Positions 8,711-16,645 of a stretch of DNA of 32,000 nucleotides are shown in pieces. Origin of the DNA: Erysipelotrichaceae bacterium (GTDB lineage Bacteria; Bacillota_I; Bacilli_A; Erysipelotrichales; Erysipelotrichaceae); NCBI GenBank assembly GCA_030604855.1, contig JAUVVC010000002.1, forward strand, positions 1 to 32,000, given 5' to 3'. Position numbers and translations under genes: made by a program. Every line of letters starts with the position of its first letter. Within the stretch, counting starts at the first letter, position 1. The notes under the pieces were generated by a model, which was given only the letters and a program-made list of their open reading frames with translations, was not told the DNA's origin and ran no database searches.

Positions 8711-9092
8711 TATGAATAAACAAGACAAAATCCTGGTCATCACGATCTTGATTGCGTCCTTACTCTTATATGGCACGATGGAATGGTTTGTTCGAAGCAC
8801 GACTTCGGATCAGACCGTTGCGGTTGTGAGTTATAAGGATAAAGAGATCTTACGCATCGATATGAAAATCGATGATACATACATCGTCCAAGGCACCTTG
8901 GGCGAAGTTTTCATCGAGGTCGAGAATGGACGTGTTCGTGTGGAGAAAGAGACCTCTCCGTATCATCTTTGTTCCATCCAAGGCTGGGTCCAATACGCCA
9001 ATGTGCCCATCGTCTGTCTACCCAATCACATCGTTGTGATGATTCAAAACAGTGCGGAAGATCCCAACGGAGAGGACAGTGTGATCCAATGA
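8700..9092 (+). CDS. NusG domain II-containing membrane-anchored protein
   Basis: 130 aa. One N-terminal TM helix, then a beta-rich domain ending HLCSIQGWV...VCLPNHIVV, as in the NusG_II (DUF1312) proteins that usually precede Gx transporters. ATG 8712 (MNKQDK) is an alternative start. Confidence 0.6.
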   Translation: MTFNMNKQDKILVITILIASLLLYGTMEWFVRSTTSDQTVAVVSYKDKEILRIDMKIDDTYIVQGTLGEVFIEVENGRVRVEKETSPYHLCSIQGWVQYANVPIVCLPNHIVVMIQNSAEDPNGEDSVIQ

Positions 9093-9586
9093 AGAGACAC
9101 AGTCCAACCCGACGTTTGACCTTGATCACGATGTTGTTGGCGATGAGCATTCTGATGCACATGATCGAGCCATCTTTACCCATACCGATTCCCGGTGTGA
9201 AATTGGGTTTAGCCAATATCCTGGGTCTGATCACCATGTTTCTCTTTGGCATCAAGTCAATGATCCTACTCAATCTCATGCGCGTCATCATTGCCTCCTT
9301 ATTGCGAGGCATCATCTTTGGGACCGGCTTCTGGTTGTCTATGGGTGGGGTGATCCTCAGTACCTTCATCACCATCATTTTGTATAAGAAATCAAAACTC
9401 AGCCCGGTGGGTTTGAGTGTCGCCTCCAGTGCGTTTCATGGCTTAGGTCAGATCCTTGTGTTGATGTTCATCAATGATACGGTGATGATGATCTATTGGT
9501 TGCCTCTGCTTTGGTTCAGTTCCGTACCGACGGGTATGGTTACGGGGACCTTAAGTGCACAGGTGTTGAAGCGTCTAAAAGTCTAA
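9089..9586 (+). CDS. Gx transporter family protein (heptaprenyl diphosphate synthase component I-like)
   Basis: Start at ATG 9089 (MKRHSPTRRLTL) in an ATGA overlap with the preceding stop. The 165-aa polytopic protein carries MHMIEPSLPIPIPGVKLGLANI, typical of this family. The 40-aa N-terminal extension in the ORF track is rejected. Confidence 0.65.
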   Translation: MKRHSPTRRLTLITMLLAMSILMHMIEPSLPIPIPGVKLGLANILGLITMFLFGIKSMILLNLMRVIIASLLRGIIFGTGFWLSMGGVILSTFITIILYKKSKLSPVGLSVASSAFHGLGQILVLMFINDTVMMIYWLPLLWFSSVPTGMVTGTLSAQVLKRLKV

Positions 9587-9610
9587 ACAGTGTTCCACTG
9601 TTTTCTTTTT
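9585..9610 (+). terminator. Rho-independent terminator
   Basis: 8-bp stem aaacagtg (9585-9592) / cactgttt (9596-9603), loop ttc, followed by a T-rich run ending at 9610. Confidence 0.7.
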
Positions 9611-9642
9611 GAAGTATAATAGAGAAGGATTTTGAGGTGTTT

Positions 9643-11439
9643 ATGACAATTAATCAATTATTTATGAAGTATTTGACAGGATTGAGACTACGGATGGCCT
9701 CTCTTTTTGTGGTGGTCATCAGCTATGTCTCACTAACGCTGATTTCACCGCTCTTATTTGCGTTCTTGATCGACAATGTCATCAATGGGGCTGCCATCGA
9801 TGCGTCCTGGTTGGTCTGGTACAGCAATCTTTTTGGTGGTGTTGAGACCATTCGTAATCATTTGTGGTTGGCTGCTTTGATGATCATCGGCGTCAATCTC
9901 ATTATTTTTGTTTTGATGTATTTCAGGGGACATCTCAATGGTGTCATCAGTGAGCGTTTTGTGGAACGTTTGCGGAATGATCTTTTTGAGCATTTGCAAT
10001 TGATGCCTTATCATTCGCATGTCAATGCGAAGTCCGGAGACTTGATCCAACGTTGTACTTCAGATGTGGACACGGTTCGTCGCTTTTTAGCTGGTCAGGT
10101 TTCAGAGTTGGTTTATGCGATCTCCATCGCAAGCATTGCGATGGTCATCTTGCTTCAAATCAATCTGCGCTTGGCTTTGATCGCAATGATCACCTTACCG
10201 ATTCTGATTCTCTTTGCCTATTTCTTTTTCAAACGCATGCAAGCCATGTTTAAGGCAAGTGATGAGGCAGAAGGAGAGCTCTCAACTGTTTTACAAGAGA
10301 ATCTCTCTGGAACACGTGTGGTCAAGGCATTCAATCGCGAAGTCCATGAGCTTGGCAAATTTGATGCGAAGAATCGCAACTATAAGAATCTAACGTATAA
10401 GTTGATTGAACTCTTAGGCATGTATTGGGCAACCAGTGATTTGATCGTCTTATCTCAAATTTTCATTGTCGTCATTTTTGGAATCTTTGCGGCACAAAAC
10501 GGTGAGATCACCGTAGGTCAGTTCTTTGTTTTCCTATCGTATGAATCCATGATCCTCTGGCCGATCCGAAATGTCGGAAGAATCTTATCGGACTTAGGCA
10601 AGATGTTGGTCTCCCTTAAGCGTTTGAATGAGATTTTTGATGAACCCATTGAAGATTTAGATCAGGGTGATGTGGTGGATGTGAAAGGGGATATCGTCTT
10701 CGATCATGTCCGTTTCCAATACCCAGATGGTCATGAGCCAGTTTTGAAAGACGTGAGTTTCACCATCAAGAAAGGTGAAACCGTTGCGATCTTGGGCCCA
10801 ACGGGCAGTGGAAAGTCCTCTTTGGTTCATCTTTTGACTCGTTTGTACGAGTATACAGAAGGTTCGATCCGCTTGAATGGACATGAACTGCGTTCCATTC
10901 AAAAAGCACACATCCGTCAAAACATCGGCATCGTCTTGCAGGAACCTTTCTTGTTCTCAAAGACAATCTTAGAAAACATTCGTGTAGCGAAACCGCAAGC
11001 GGATGAAAATGAAGTCAAACGTGCGGCGGAGATGGCATCGGTCAATCGTGTCATCCATGAATTTGACTTGGGTTATCGGACCTTGGTTGGTGAAAAAGGG
11101 GTAACCCTGTCCGGAGGTCAGAAACAACGAATTGCGATCGCTCGTACGATCTTGAGCGATACCCCCATCTTGATTTTTGATGATTCTTTGTCGGCGGTCG
11201 ACGCGCATACGGATGAGCGCATCCGAACGGCTTTGAAAACACGCTCACAGGGAGTGACGACCTTGATCATAACTCATCGCATCCTATCGGCGATGCAGGC
11301 AGATAAGATCATTGTCTTGGAGAATGGGATTATTTCGCAACTTGGTACGCACCAAAGTCTCTTGGAAGAAGAGGGTTTGTATAAGCGTATCGCTTGGATA
11401 CAAAACCAGATGATTGAAGGAGGTGATTCGCTTGAGTGA
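9643..11439 (+). CDS. ABC exporter, fused permease/ATPase subunit (degenerate Walker B partner)
   Basis: Six-TM domain plus an NBD with Walker A GPTGSGKSS, signature LSGGQKQR, Walker B ILIFDDS (Asp replaces the catalytic Glu) and H-loop ITHR. ATG 9643 follows GAGG (9633-9636). The ORF track starts at GTG 9637. Confidence 0.9.
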   Translation: MTINQLFMKYLTGLRLRMASLFVVVISYVSLTLISPLLFAFLIDNVINGAAIDASWLVWYSNLFGGVETIRNHLWLAALMIIGVNLIIFVLMYFRGHLNGVISERFVERLRNDLFEHLQLMPYHSHVNAKSGDLIQRCTSDVDTVRRFLAGQVSELVYAISIASIAMVILLQINLRLALIAMITLPILILFAYFFFKRMQAMFKASDEAEGELSTVLQENLSGTRVVKAFNREVHELGKFDAKNRNYKNLTYKLIELLGMYWATSDLIVLSQIFIVVIFGIFAAQNGEITVGQFFVFLSYESMILWPIRNVGRILSDLGKMLVSLKRLNEIFDEPIEDLDQGDVVDVKGDIVFDHVRFQYPDGHEPVLKDVSFTIKKGETVAILGPTGSGKSSLVHLLTRLYEYTEGSIRLNGHELRSIQKAHIRQNIGIVLQEPFLFSKTILENIRVAKPQADENEVKRAAEMASVNRVIHEFDLGYRTLVGEKGVTLSGGQKQRIAIARTILSDTPILIFDDSLSAVDAHTDERIRTALKTRSQGVTTLIITHRILSAMQADKIIVLENGIISQLGTHQSLLEEEGLYKRIAWIQNQMIEGGDSLE

Positions 11440-13279
11440 GCATTTTGAGGAACAAGAGTATAATACCGATCATTTAGATACCCACTTATGGCGTCGCATC
11501 CTGAAGCATTTCTTTAGTTATAAGAAGGATCTTACGATCATTTTCATTTCGATGGTCTCAATGGCCATCATTGACATCATCTTTCCATTCTTGAATAAGA
11601 CAGCCATCGATACGTTTGTCTTGGCCAATGGGGATTTGAAACTGCTTCAACCCTTTGGCATCGTCTATGGAATCTTGATTATTTTACAGGCTTTGGTTGT
11701 GTATTTCTTCATCAAATTCACGGGTAAGGTTGAAATGCAGTTTGCGTATGACATCCGCAATCAGGCATTCCGTAAACTCCAGGAACAATCCTTTGCCTAT
11801 TTCGATAAGACCCCACAGGGTTGGATCATGGCCCGTCTGACGGGTGACATCGGTCGCTTGGCGGATATCGTATCGTGGTCGATCATCGATCTGGTTTGGG
11901 GATTGACCTTGATTCTTGGCGTCAGTGTCGTGATGCTGGTGGTCAATTGGAAGTTGGCCATGATGGTTCTGGTGGTGGTGCCGTTTCTGGCTTACATCAG
12001 CATTATTTTCCAAAAGAAGATTCTCAACCGCTATCGTTTGACGCGTAAGATCAATTCGAAGATCACCGCTGCGTACAGTGAAGGCATCTTGGGTGCCAAG
12101 ACAACCAAGACGATGGGTCTGGAAAGTAAGCAAAGCCATGACTTCAGAGGTTTGACGCACGATATGAAGAGTCAGTCGGTCAAGGCTGCGATTCTATCCG
12201 CTGCCTTCATGCCGATGGTCATGGGCTTAGGGGCTTTCTCCAGTGCCATGCTTATCTGGTTGGGTGGACAAGAAGTTTTGGTCGGGACCTTGGCGTTTGG
12301 GACCTTGGTTCTGTTCACGCAGTATGCGGCACAGTTCTTTGAACCTTTGCGTCAGATCGCACGGCTCTTAGCAGAATTCCAAATGGCTCAAGCTTCGGCT
12401 GAGCGGGTATTGAGTCTATTGAATGCGGACATCGATTTAGTGGATCGTGAAGAGGTCATAGCCCGTTATGGAAGCATCTTGGAGCCAAAAGAAATGGAAT
12501 ATGAAGCGATTCGGGGGGATGTGTCCTTCGAACATGTGGATTTCTACTACAAAAAAGAAGAACCCGTCCTGACGGATTTCAATTTAGAAGTCTTTGCCGG
12601 TCAGACGATCGCCTTGGTCGGTGAAACAGGCAGTGGCAAGAGCACGATTGTGAATCTGATCTGTCGTTTCTATGAACCCAAAGCCGGACACATCAAAGTC
12701 GATGGCATCGATCTTCAAGATCGCTCTTTAGGTTGGCTTCACAGCAATCTTGGTTATGTCCTTCAAGCACCGCATTTATTCTCTGGATCAATCATGGAGA
12801 ACATTCGTTACGGTAAATTGGACGCGACGGAAGCCGAAGTGATCGAAGCGGCCAAACGTGTTTCTGCGCATGATTTCATCGTGCAGATGGAGGAAGGCTA
12901 TCAGAGTGACGTTGGCGAAGGAGGAGGTCGACTCTCCACAGGTCAGAAGCAATTGATTTCGTTTGCGCGTGCCATCTTGGCCAACCCAAGCATCTTCATC
13001 TTGGATGAGGCAAGTTCAAGCATCGATACGGAAACGGAGCACATCATACAAACCGCGATTGAATCGGTTCTTAAAGATAAGACAACTTTCATCATTGCGC
13101 ATCGCTTATCCACGATCGTCAATGCGGATCGCATTCTCTTGATTGATAAAGGTCGGATTGCAGAGGATGGCACCCATGCCAGCTTGATGCGTCAGAAAGG
13201 TCAGTATTATCGTTTATATACCAATCAGTTCAATGAAGAGCGTCAGAATGAGCTTTTGAACATCAAAGAGAACAAATGA
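11432..13279 (+). CDS. ABC exporter, fused permease/ATPase subunit (consensus Walker B, degenerate signature)
   Basis: Walker A GETGSGKST, signature LSTGQKQL (non-canonical), Walker B IFILDEAS, H-loop IAHR. I prefer the TTG start at 11432 because GGAGGTG (11419-11425) lies 6 nt upstream. The in-frame ATG 11414 used by the ORF track has no SD. Confidence 0.88.
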   Translation: MSEHFEEQEYNTDHLDTHLWRRILKHFFSYKKDLTIIFISMVSMAIIDIIFPFLNKTAIDTFVLANGDLKLLQPFGIVYGILIILQALVVYFFIKFTGKVEMQFAYDIRNQAFRKLQEQSFAYFDKTPQGWIMARLTGDIGRLADIVSWSIIDLVWGLTLILGVSVVMLVVNWKLAMMVLVVVPFLAYISIIFQKKILNRYRLTRKINSKITAAYSEGILGAKTTKTMGLESKQSHDFRGLTHDMKSQSVKAAILSAAFMPMVMGLGAFSSAMLIWLGGQEVLVGTLAFGTLVLFTQYAAQFFEPLRQIARLLAEFQMAQASAERVLSLLNADIDLVDREEVIARYGSILEPKEMEYEAIRGDVSFEHVDFYYKKEEPVLTDFNLEVFAGQTIALVGETGSGKSTIVNLICRFYEPKAGHIKVDGIDLQDRSLGWLHSNLGYVLQAPHLFSGSIMENIRYGKLDATEAEVIEAAKRVSAHDFIVQMEEGYQSDVGEGGGRLSTGQKQLISFARAILANPSIFILDEASSSIDTETEHIIQTAIESVLKDKTTFIIAHRLSTIVNADRILLIDKGRIAEDGTHASLMRQKGQYYRLYTNQFNEERQNELLNIKENK

Positions 13280-13554
13280 AAAATGATCAATGTGATTTGA
13301 TCCATCCAAAAAAGGTCAAAGAAAAAAAGCTTGAAATCATCGATGGCATGACCATCAAGTACCATGCGAATGGGAAAACCATATGGTCCAAGGGACAGAT
13401 GGACGATGATCAGCCTGAAGGGTATTGGGAATGGTATCGCGTGGATGGATCATTAAAGCGATCGGGACACTTTGCGAAGGGTGAACCCATCGGTGAATGG
13501 AAGACCTATGATGAAAAAGGTGAAGTGTTTAAAGTCACCCATCGTAAGCAATAA
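13276..13554 (+). CDS. MORN-repeat-variant (YwqK-like) small protein
   Basis: 92 aa. Three tandem G-x-W-x-x-Y type repeats are visible (YHANGKTIWSKGQ..PEGYWEWY / YRVDGSLKRSGHFAKGEPIGEWKTY / YDEKGEV). The ATG overlaps the ABC stop (ATGA at 13276-13279). Confidence 0.6.
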   Translation: MKNDQCDLIHPKKVKEKKLEIIDGMTIKYHANGKTIWSKGQMDDDQPEGYWEWYRVDGSLKRSGHFAKGEPIGEWKTYDEKGEVFKVTHRKQ

Positions 13555-13565
13555 GGGGGTAGGGT

Positions 13566-14057
13566 ATGCGACTGGATCTAAGTGAGCTCATTGCACTTCA
13601 AGCGCAGTTGGATGAGCGGATCATGGCTTTGCATCAAGAAGAGCGACACAGCACACGCAACAAACGCGTGCTTGCTTTGATTGTGGAAATCAATGAATTG
13701 GCGAATGAAACACGTTGTTTCAAGTATTGGTCACTTAAAGGGCCAAGTCCGGTCGATGTCTTGTTGGAGGAGTTCAGTGACACCATGCATTTCGTCATCT
13801 CTTTGGGGATCGACCTAGGTTTGGATCAAATGGTTTTTGAAGCCAAGGATGAACCTGTGGAATTGACGCAATTGTTTATGGCTTGGATCAAGGCCGGTAC
13901 GGACTTGGTGGAACACTTCGATGTCGAGCATTTTAATCGGGTGGGTGTACTGATGGCGACGATGGCCAAGACCTTGAACTTTGATGAAAAGGCATGTGTC
14001 CAAACCTATTACGCCAAAAATAAGACCAATCATATTCGTCAAAGCGAGGCGTATTAA
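13566..14057 (+). CDS. all-alpha (dimeric-type, dUTPase_2-like) dUTP diphosphatase family protein
   Basis: 163 aa. SD AAGGGGG lies upstream. Motifs ALIVEINELANETRCFKYWS and LEEFSDTMHFVISLG match my memory of the Firmicutes dimeric dUTPase family. This was not verified by a search. Confidence 0.65.
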   Translation: MRLDLSELIALQAQLDERIMALHQEERHSTRNKRVLALIVEINELANETRCFKYWSLKGPSPVDVLLEEFSDTMHFVISLGIDLGLDQMVFEAKDEPVELTQLFMAWIKAGTDLVEHFDVEHFNRVGVLMATMAKTLNFDEKACVQTYYAKNKTNHIRQSEAY

Positions 14058-14059
14058 GC

Positions 14060-14088
14060 TTGTTTGTGAACTTGGGCTAGCGTATAAT
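14060..14088 (+). promoter_or_regulatory. sigma-A-type promoter candidate for the M42 peptidase gene
   Basis: TTGTTT (14060-14065), 17 nt, TATAAT (14083-14088). SD GTGAGGT (14098-14104) and ATG 14111 follow. Confidence 0.5.
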
Positions 14089-14110
14089 ATTTTTCAAGTG
14101 AGGTTGAAAC

Positions 14111-15223
14111 ATGAGTGAAAAAATAGTTGAAATTGAAAAGGCATATGGTGAATTGAATCTAGAATTGATGCAGGAATTCACCGATGCGAATGGTATTTCG
14201 GGCAATGAAAAAGCAGCGACCCGTGTCATGAAGAAATGGCTTGAAGGGGTTGCGGATGAATTCAGTTATGATAATTTGGGTTCCTTGATCGCGCTCAAAA
14301 AGGGCAGCGGTGATGGCGTCAAGTTGATGTTGGCGGGACATATTGATGAAATTGGTTTCGTCGTCCGTCATATCGATGACAAAGGTTTCTTAAAGATTGC
14401 GCCAGTTGGCGGCTGGTGGGGACATGTGCTCTTGTCTCAAGCCTTGACGATCACAACCCGTGATGGTCGTGAATACATGGGCATCGTCGGTTCAAAGCCT
14501 CCTCATGGCATGCCAGCGGATGTACGCAATAAAGTCATCGATGTCAAAGACATGTTTGTGGATCTAGGCGTCAAGGATAAGGCGGAGGTTGAATTGTTGG
14601 GCATTCGTCCAGGGGACATGGTCACACCACGTTCCGATTTCAATGTCATGGCCAATCCGAACTACTTGGCTGCCAAGGCATGGGATGATCGCATTGGTGC
14701 GATCATCGCAAGTGAAGTGCTCTTACGTTTGAAGAACGAAGCTCACAGTGCAGATGTGTATGCTGTTGGAACGGTTCAAGAAGAAGTCGGTCTGCGTGGA
14801 GCCAAAACGGCGACGTATGCGATCAAACCGGATATCGGCATCGCTTTGGATGTGACTTTGGCGAATGATATTCCAGGCGCTGAACCGGGTAGTAAGATGG
14901 GTGTCGGTGTCACTTTGGCGATTCAAGATGGATCGCATTTGGGTCATCGTGGGTTCATCAATTACCTCAGTGATTTGTCGAAAGAATTGAATTTGGATGT
15001 TCAGTATGACCTCTTATTGGCAGGGGGAACGGATTCGGGTGAAATGCATAAAGCCTTTGATGGCATCATCAATGTGACCTTGTCCATCCCATCCCGCTAC
15101 ATTCATTCACACCGTGCTTTGATCCATCGTAAAGATGTGGTCGATACGATCACCTTGATCGTGGAATTCGCGAAACGTTTGGATCGCAATGTCTTGGAAA
15201 GCTTACGCATCAGTAATCGATAA
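14111..15223 (+). CDS. M42 family metallopeptidase (glutamyl aminopeptidase-like)
   Basis: 370 aa. Motifs AGHIDEIGFVV, AWDDRIG and VQEEVGLRGA are typical of the PepA/YsdC/FrvX M42 family. Confidence 0.88.
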   Translation: MSEKIVEIEKAYGELNLELMQEFTDANGISGNEKAATRVMKKWLEGVADEFSYDNLGSLIALKKGSGDGVKLMLAGHIDEIGFVVRHIDDKGFLKIAPVGGWWGHVLLSQALTITTRDGREYMGIVGSKPPHGMPADVRNKVIDVKDMFVDLGVKDKAEVELLGIRPGDMVTPRSDFNVMANPNYLAAKAWDDRIGAIIASEVLLRLKNEAHSADVYAVGTVQEEVGLRGAKTATYAIKPDIGIALDVTLANDIPGAEPGSKMGVGVTLAIQDGSHLGHRGFINYLSDLSKELNLDVQYDLLLAGGTDSGEMHKAFDGIINVTLSIPSRYIHSHRALIHRKDVVDTITLIVEFAKRLDRNVLESLRISNR

Positions 15224-15229
15224 GCATCA

Positions 15230-15253
15230 CCTTCCTTTCGGGGAAGGTTTTTT
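15230..15253 (+). terminator. Rho-independent terminator
   Basis: Stem ccttcc (15230-15235) / ggaagg (15242-15247), loop tttcgg, followed by tttttt (15248-15253). Confidence 0.75.
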
Positions 15254-15254
15254 C

Positions 15255-15263
15255 TGTTATAAT
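15255..15263 (+). promoter_or_regulatory. extended -10 promoter element; predicted TSS at or next to ATG 15271
   Basis: TGtTATAAT (15255-15263) followed by 7 nt and ATG 15271. The ORF-track ATG at 15262 lies inside the -10 box. Confidence 0.45.
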
Positions 15264-15270
15264 GGTGGAT

Positions 15271-15747
15271 ATGAAGATTAAGAAATATGAACTTTTGATC
15301 GTTGCGACGATCGTAATGGCGGATGCTTTCAGTAAGGGCATCATCGTCCGGATGTTTGAATATGGTGAGCGATTGGAAATCATCAAAGACTTTTTCTGGT
15401 TGACCTACCTTAAGAATACAGGTGCCGCTTGGAGTATCTTAGAAGGACAACTGTGGTTTTTCATCGTGATCAGTTTGATCGCCATGGCCGGCATGATCTG
15501 GTATTATCTCAAGACCGAACAGCGACAAATCATTCTCCGCATTAGCTTGATGTTTCTCTTTGCCGGTGCCTTGGGTAATTTCATGGATCGCTTGCTTCTG
15601 GGGCATGTCCGTGATTTTCTGTCGTTTAAGATTTTTGGATACTATTTTCCGGTCTTTAACATTGCGGACATCAGTTTGAATGTTGGGGTGGGATTATTGA
15701 TATTGGATGCCTTGTTGGAAGGAAAGCGTGAACATGGAAAATCTTGA
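15271..15747 (+). CDS. lspA: lipoprotein signal peptidase II
   Basis: Motifs NTGAAWS, GNFMDR and FNIADISLNVG in a four-TM protein. Start at ATG 15271 (MKIKKYELL), or 15262 as in the ORF track. Confidence 0.9.
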   Translation: MKIKKYELLIVATIVMADAFSKGIIVRMFEYGERLEIIKDFFWLTYLKNTGAAWSILEGQLWFFIVISLIAMAGMIWYYLKTEQRQIILRISLMFLFAGALGNFMDRLLLGHVRDFLSFKIFGYYFPVFNIADISLNVGVGLLILDALLEGKREHGKS

Positions 15748-16645
15748 GTTTATTGTGAGTGAAACGCAGAATGGTTTGCGTTTTGATAAGTTGTGTGTGG
15801 AGATCTTACCCGATCTTTCTCGGACGCGGATACAGGATCTGATTGCGAATGGTTTCATCACCATCAATGATCTTGAAGTCAAAGCAAACACAAAAGTGAA
15901 GACAAATGACATCATCTCGGCAGAGTGGCCGGAAGATGAGGAACTGAAGGTTGAAGCAGAAGAAATGGACTTGGATGTCCTATATGAAGACAGTGATCTC
16001 ATTGTCGTTAATAAACCAAAAGGGATGGTCGTCCATCCTGGAGCGGGTAATCCGAATCATACCCTTGTCAACGGCTTGCTTGCGCATTGCAAGGACCTAT
16101 CGGGCATCAATGGTGTCTTACGTCCTGGCATCGTGCATCGCATCGATAAAGATACCAGTGGTTGTCTGGTTGTGGCTAAGAATGATTTGGCTCATCAGAA
16201 TCTAAGTGAACAGTTGGCAAAACGGACCTTGAAGCGGACGTATATCGCTTTGGTTCATGGGGTCATCCAGCACAATGTGGGGACCATCGAAGCACCGATT
16301 GGACGCGATAAAAATGATCGTCAGAAAATGACCGTCACCTCCATGAATGCTCGACCTGCCTTGACCCATTTCAAAGTCATGAAACGTTATGATCAATATA
16401 CCTTGGTAGAGTGTCAATTGGATACGGGAAGAACGCATCAGATTCGTGTTCATTTCCAATACATCAATTTCCCGATCGTGGGAGATCCGAAGTATTCCAT
16501 CAAAAAGACACTGGAAACACAAGGTCAATGTCTACATGCACAACGCATTGAATTCATTCACCCGCGTACACAAGTTTTGATGCAATTTGAGGCAGAAATG
16601 CCGGACGTCTTTAAGCAGGTATTGGAGGAATTAGATAAGGCATGA
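15734..16645 (+). CDS. rluD: RluA family 23S rRNA pseudouridine synthase (RluD/YlyB-like)
   Basis: S4-like N-terminus, catalytic HRIDKDTSG, and GRTHQIRVH. Start at ATG 15734 (MENLEFIV) with GGAAGGA 10 nt upstream. The gene overlaps the lspA 3' end, and lspA-rluD synteny is conserved as in B. subtilis lspA-ylyB. Confidence 0.9.
   Translation: MENLEFIVSETQNGLRFDKLCVEILPDLSRTRIQDLIANGFITINDLEVKANTKVKTNDIISAEWPEDEELKVEAEEMDLDVLYEDSDLIVVNKPKGMVVHPGAGNPNHTLVNGLLAHCKDLSGINGVLRPGIVHRIDKDTSGCLVVAKNDLAHQNLSEQLAKRTLKRTYIALVHGVIQHNVGTIEAPIGRDKNDRQKMTVTSMNARPALTHFKVMKRYDQYTLVECQLDTGRTHQIRVHFQYINFPIVGDPKYSIKKTLETQGQCLHAQRIEFIHPRTQVLMQFEAEMPDVFKQVLEELDKA

Noticed and set aside
8969-9088. 40-aa N-terminal extension of the Gx transporter ORF (track start 8969)
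   Set aside because: The extension is R/Q/C/H-rich and non-hydrophobic, and it overlaps the NusG-II gene in another frame. ATG 9089 gives a typical MKR-plus-TM start and an ATGA coupling overlap.
11684-12160. 158-aa antisense ORF inside ABC subunit 2
   Set aside because: It is antisense to a well-supported transmembrane-domain coding region. Its low-complexity H/Q/D/R composition is an artefact of stop-poor antisense frames.
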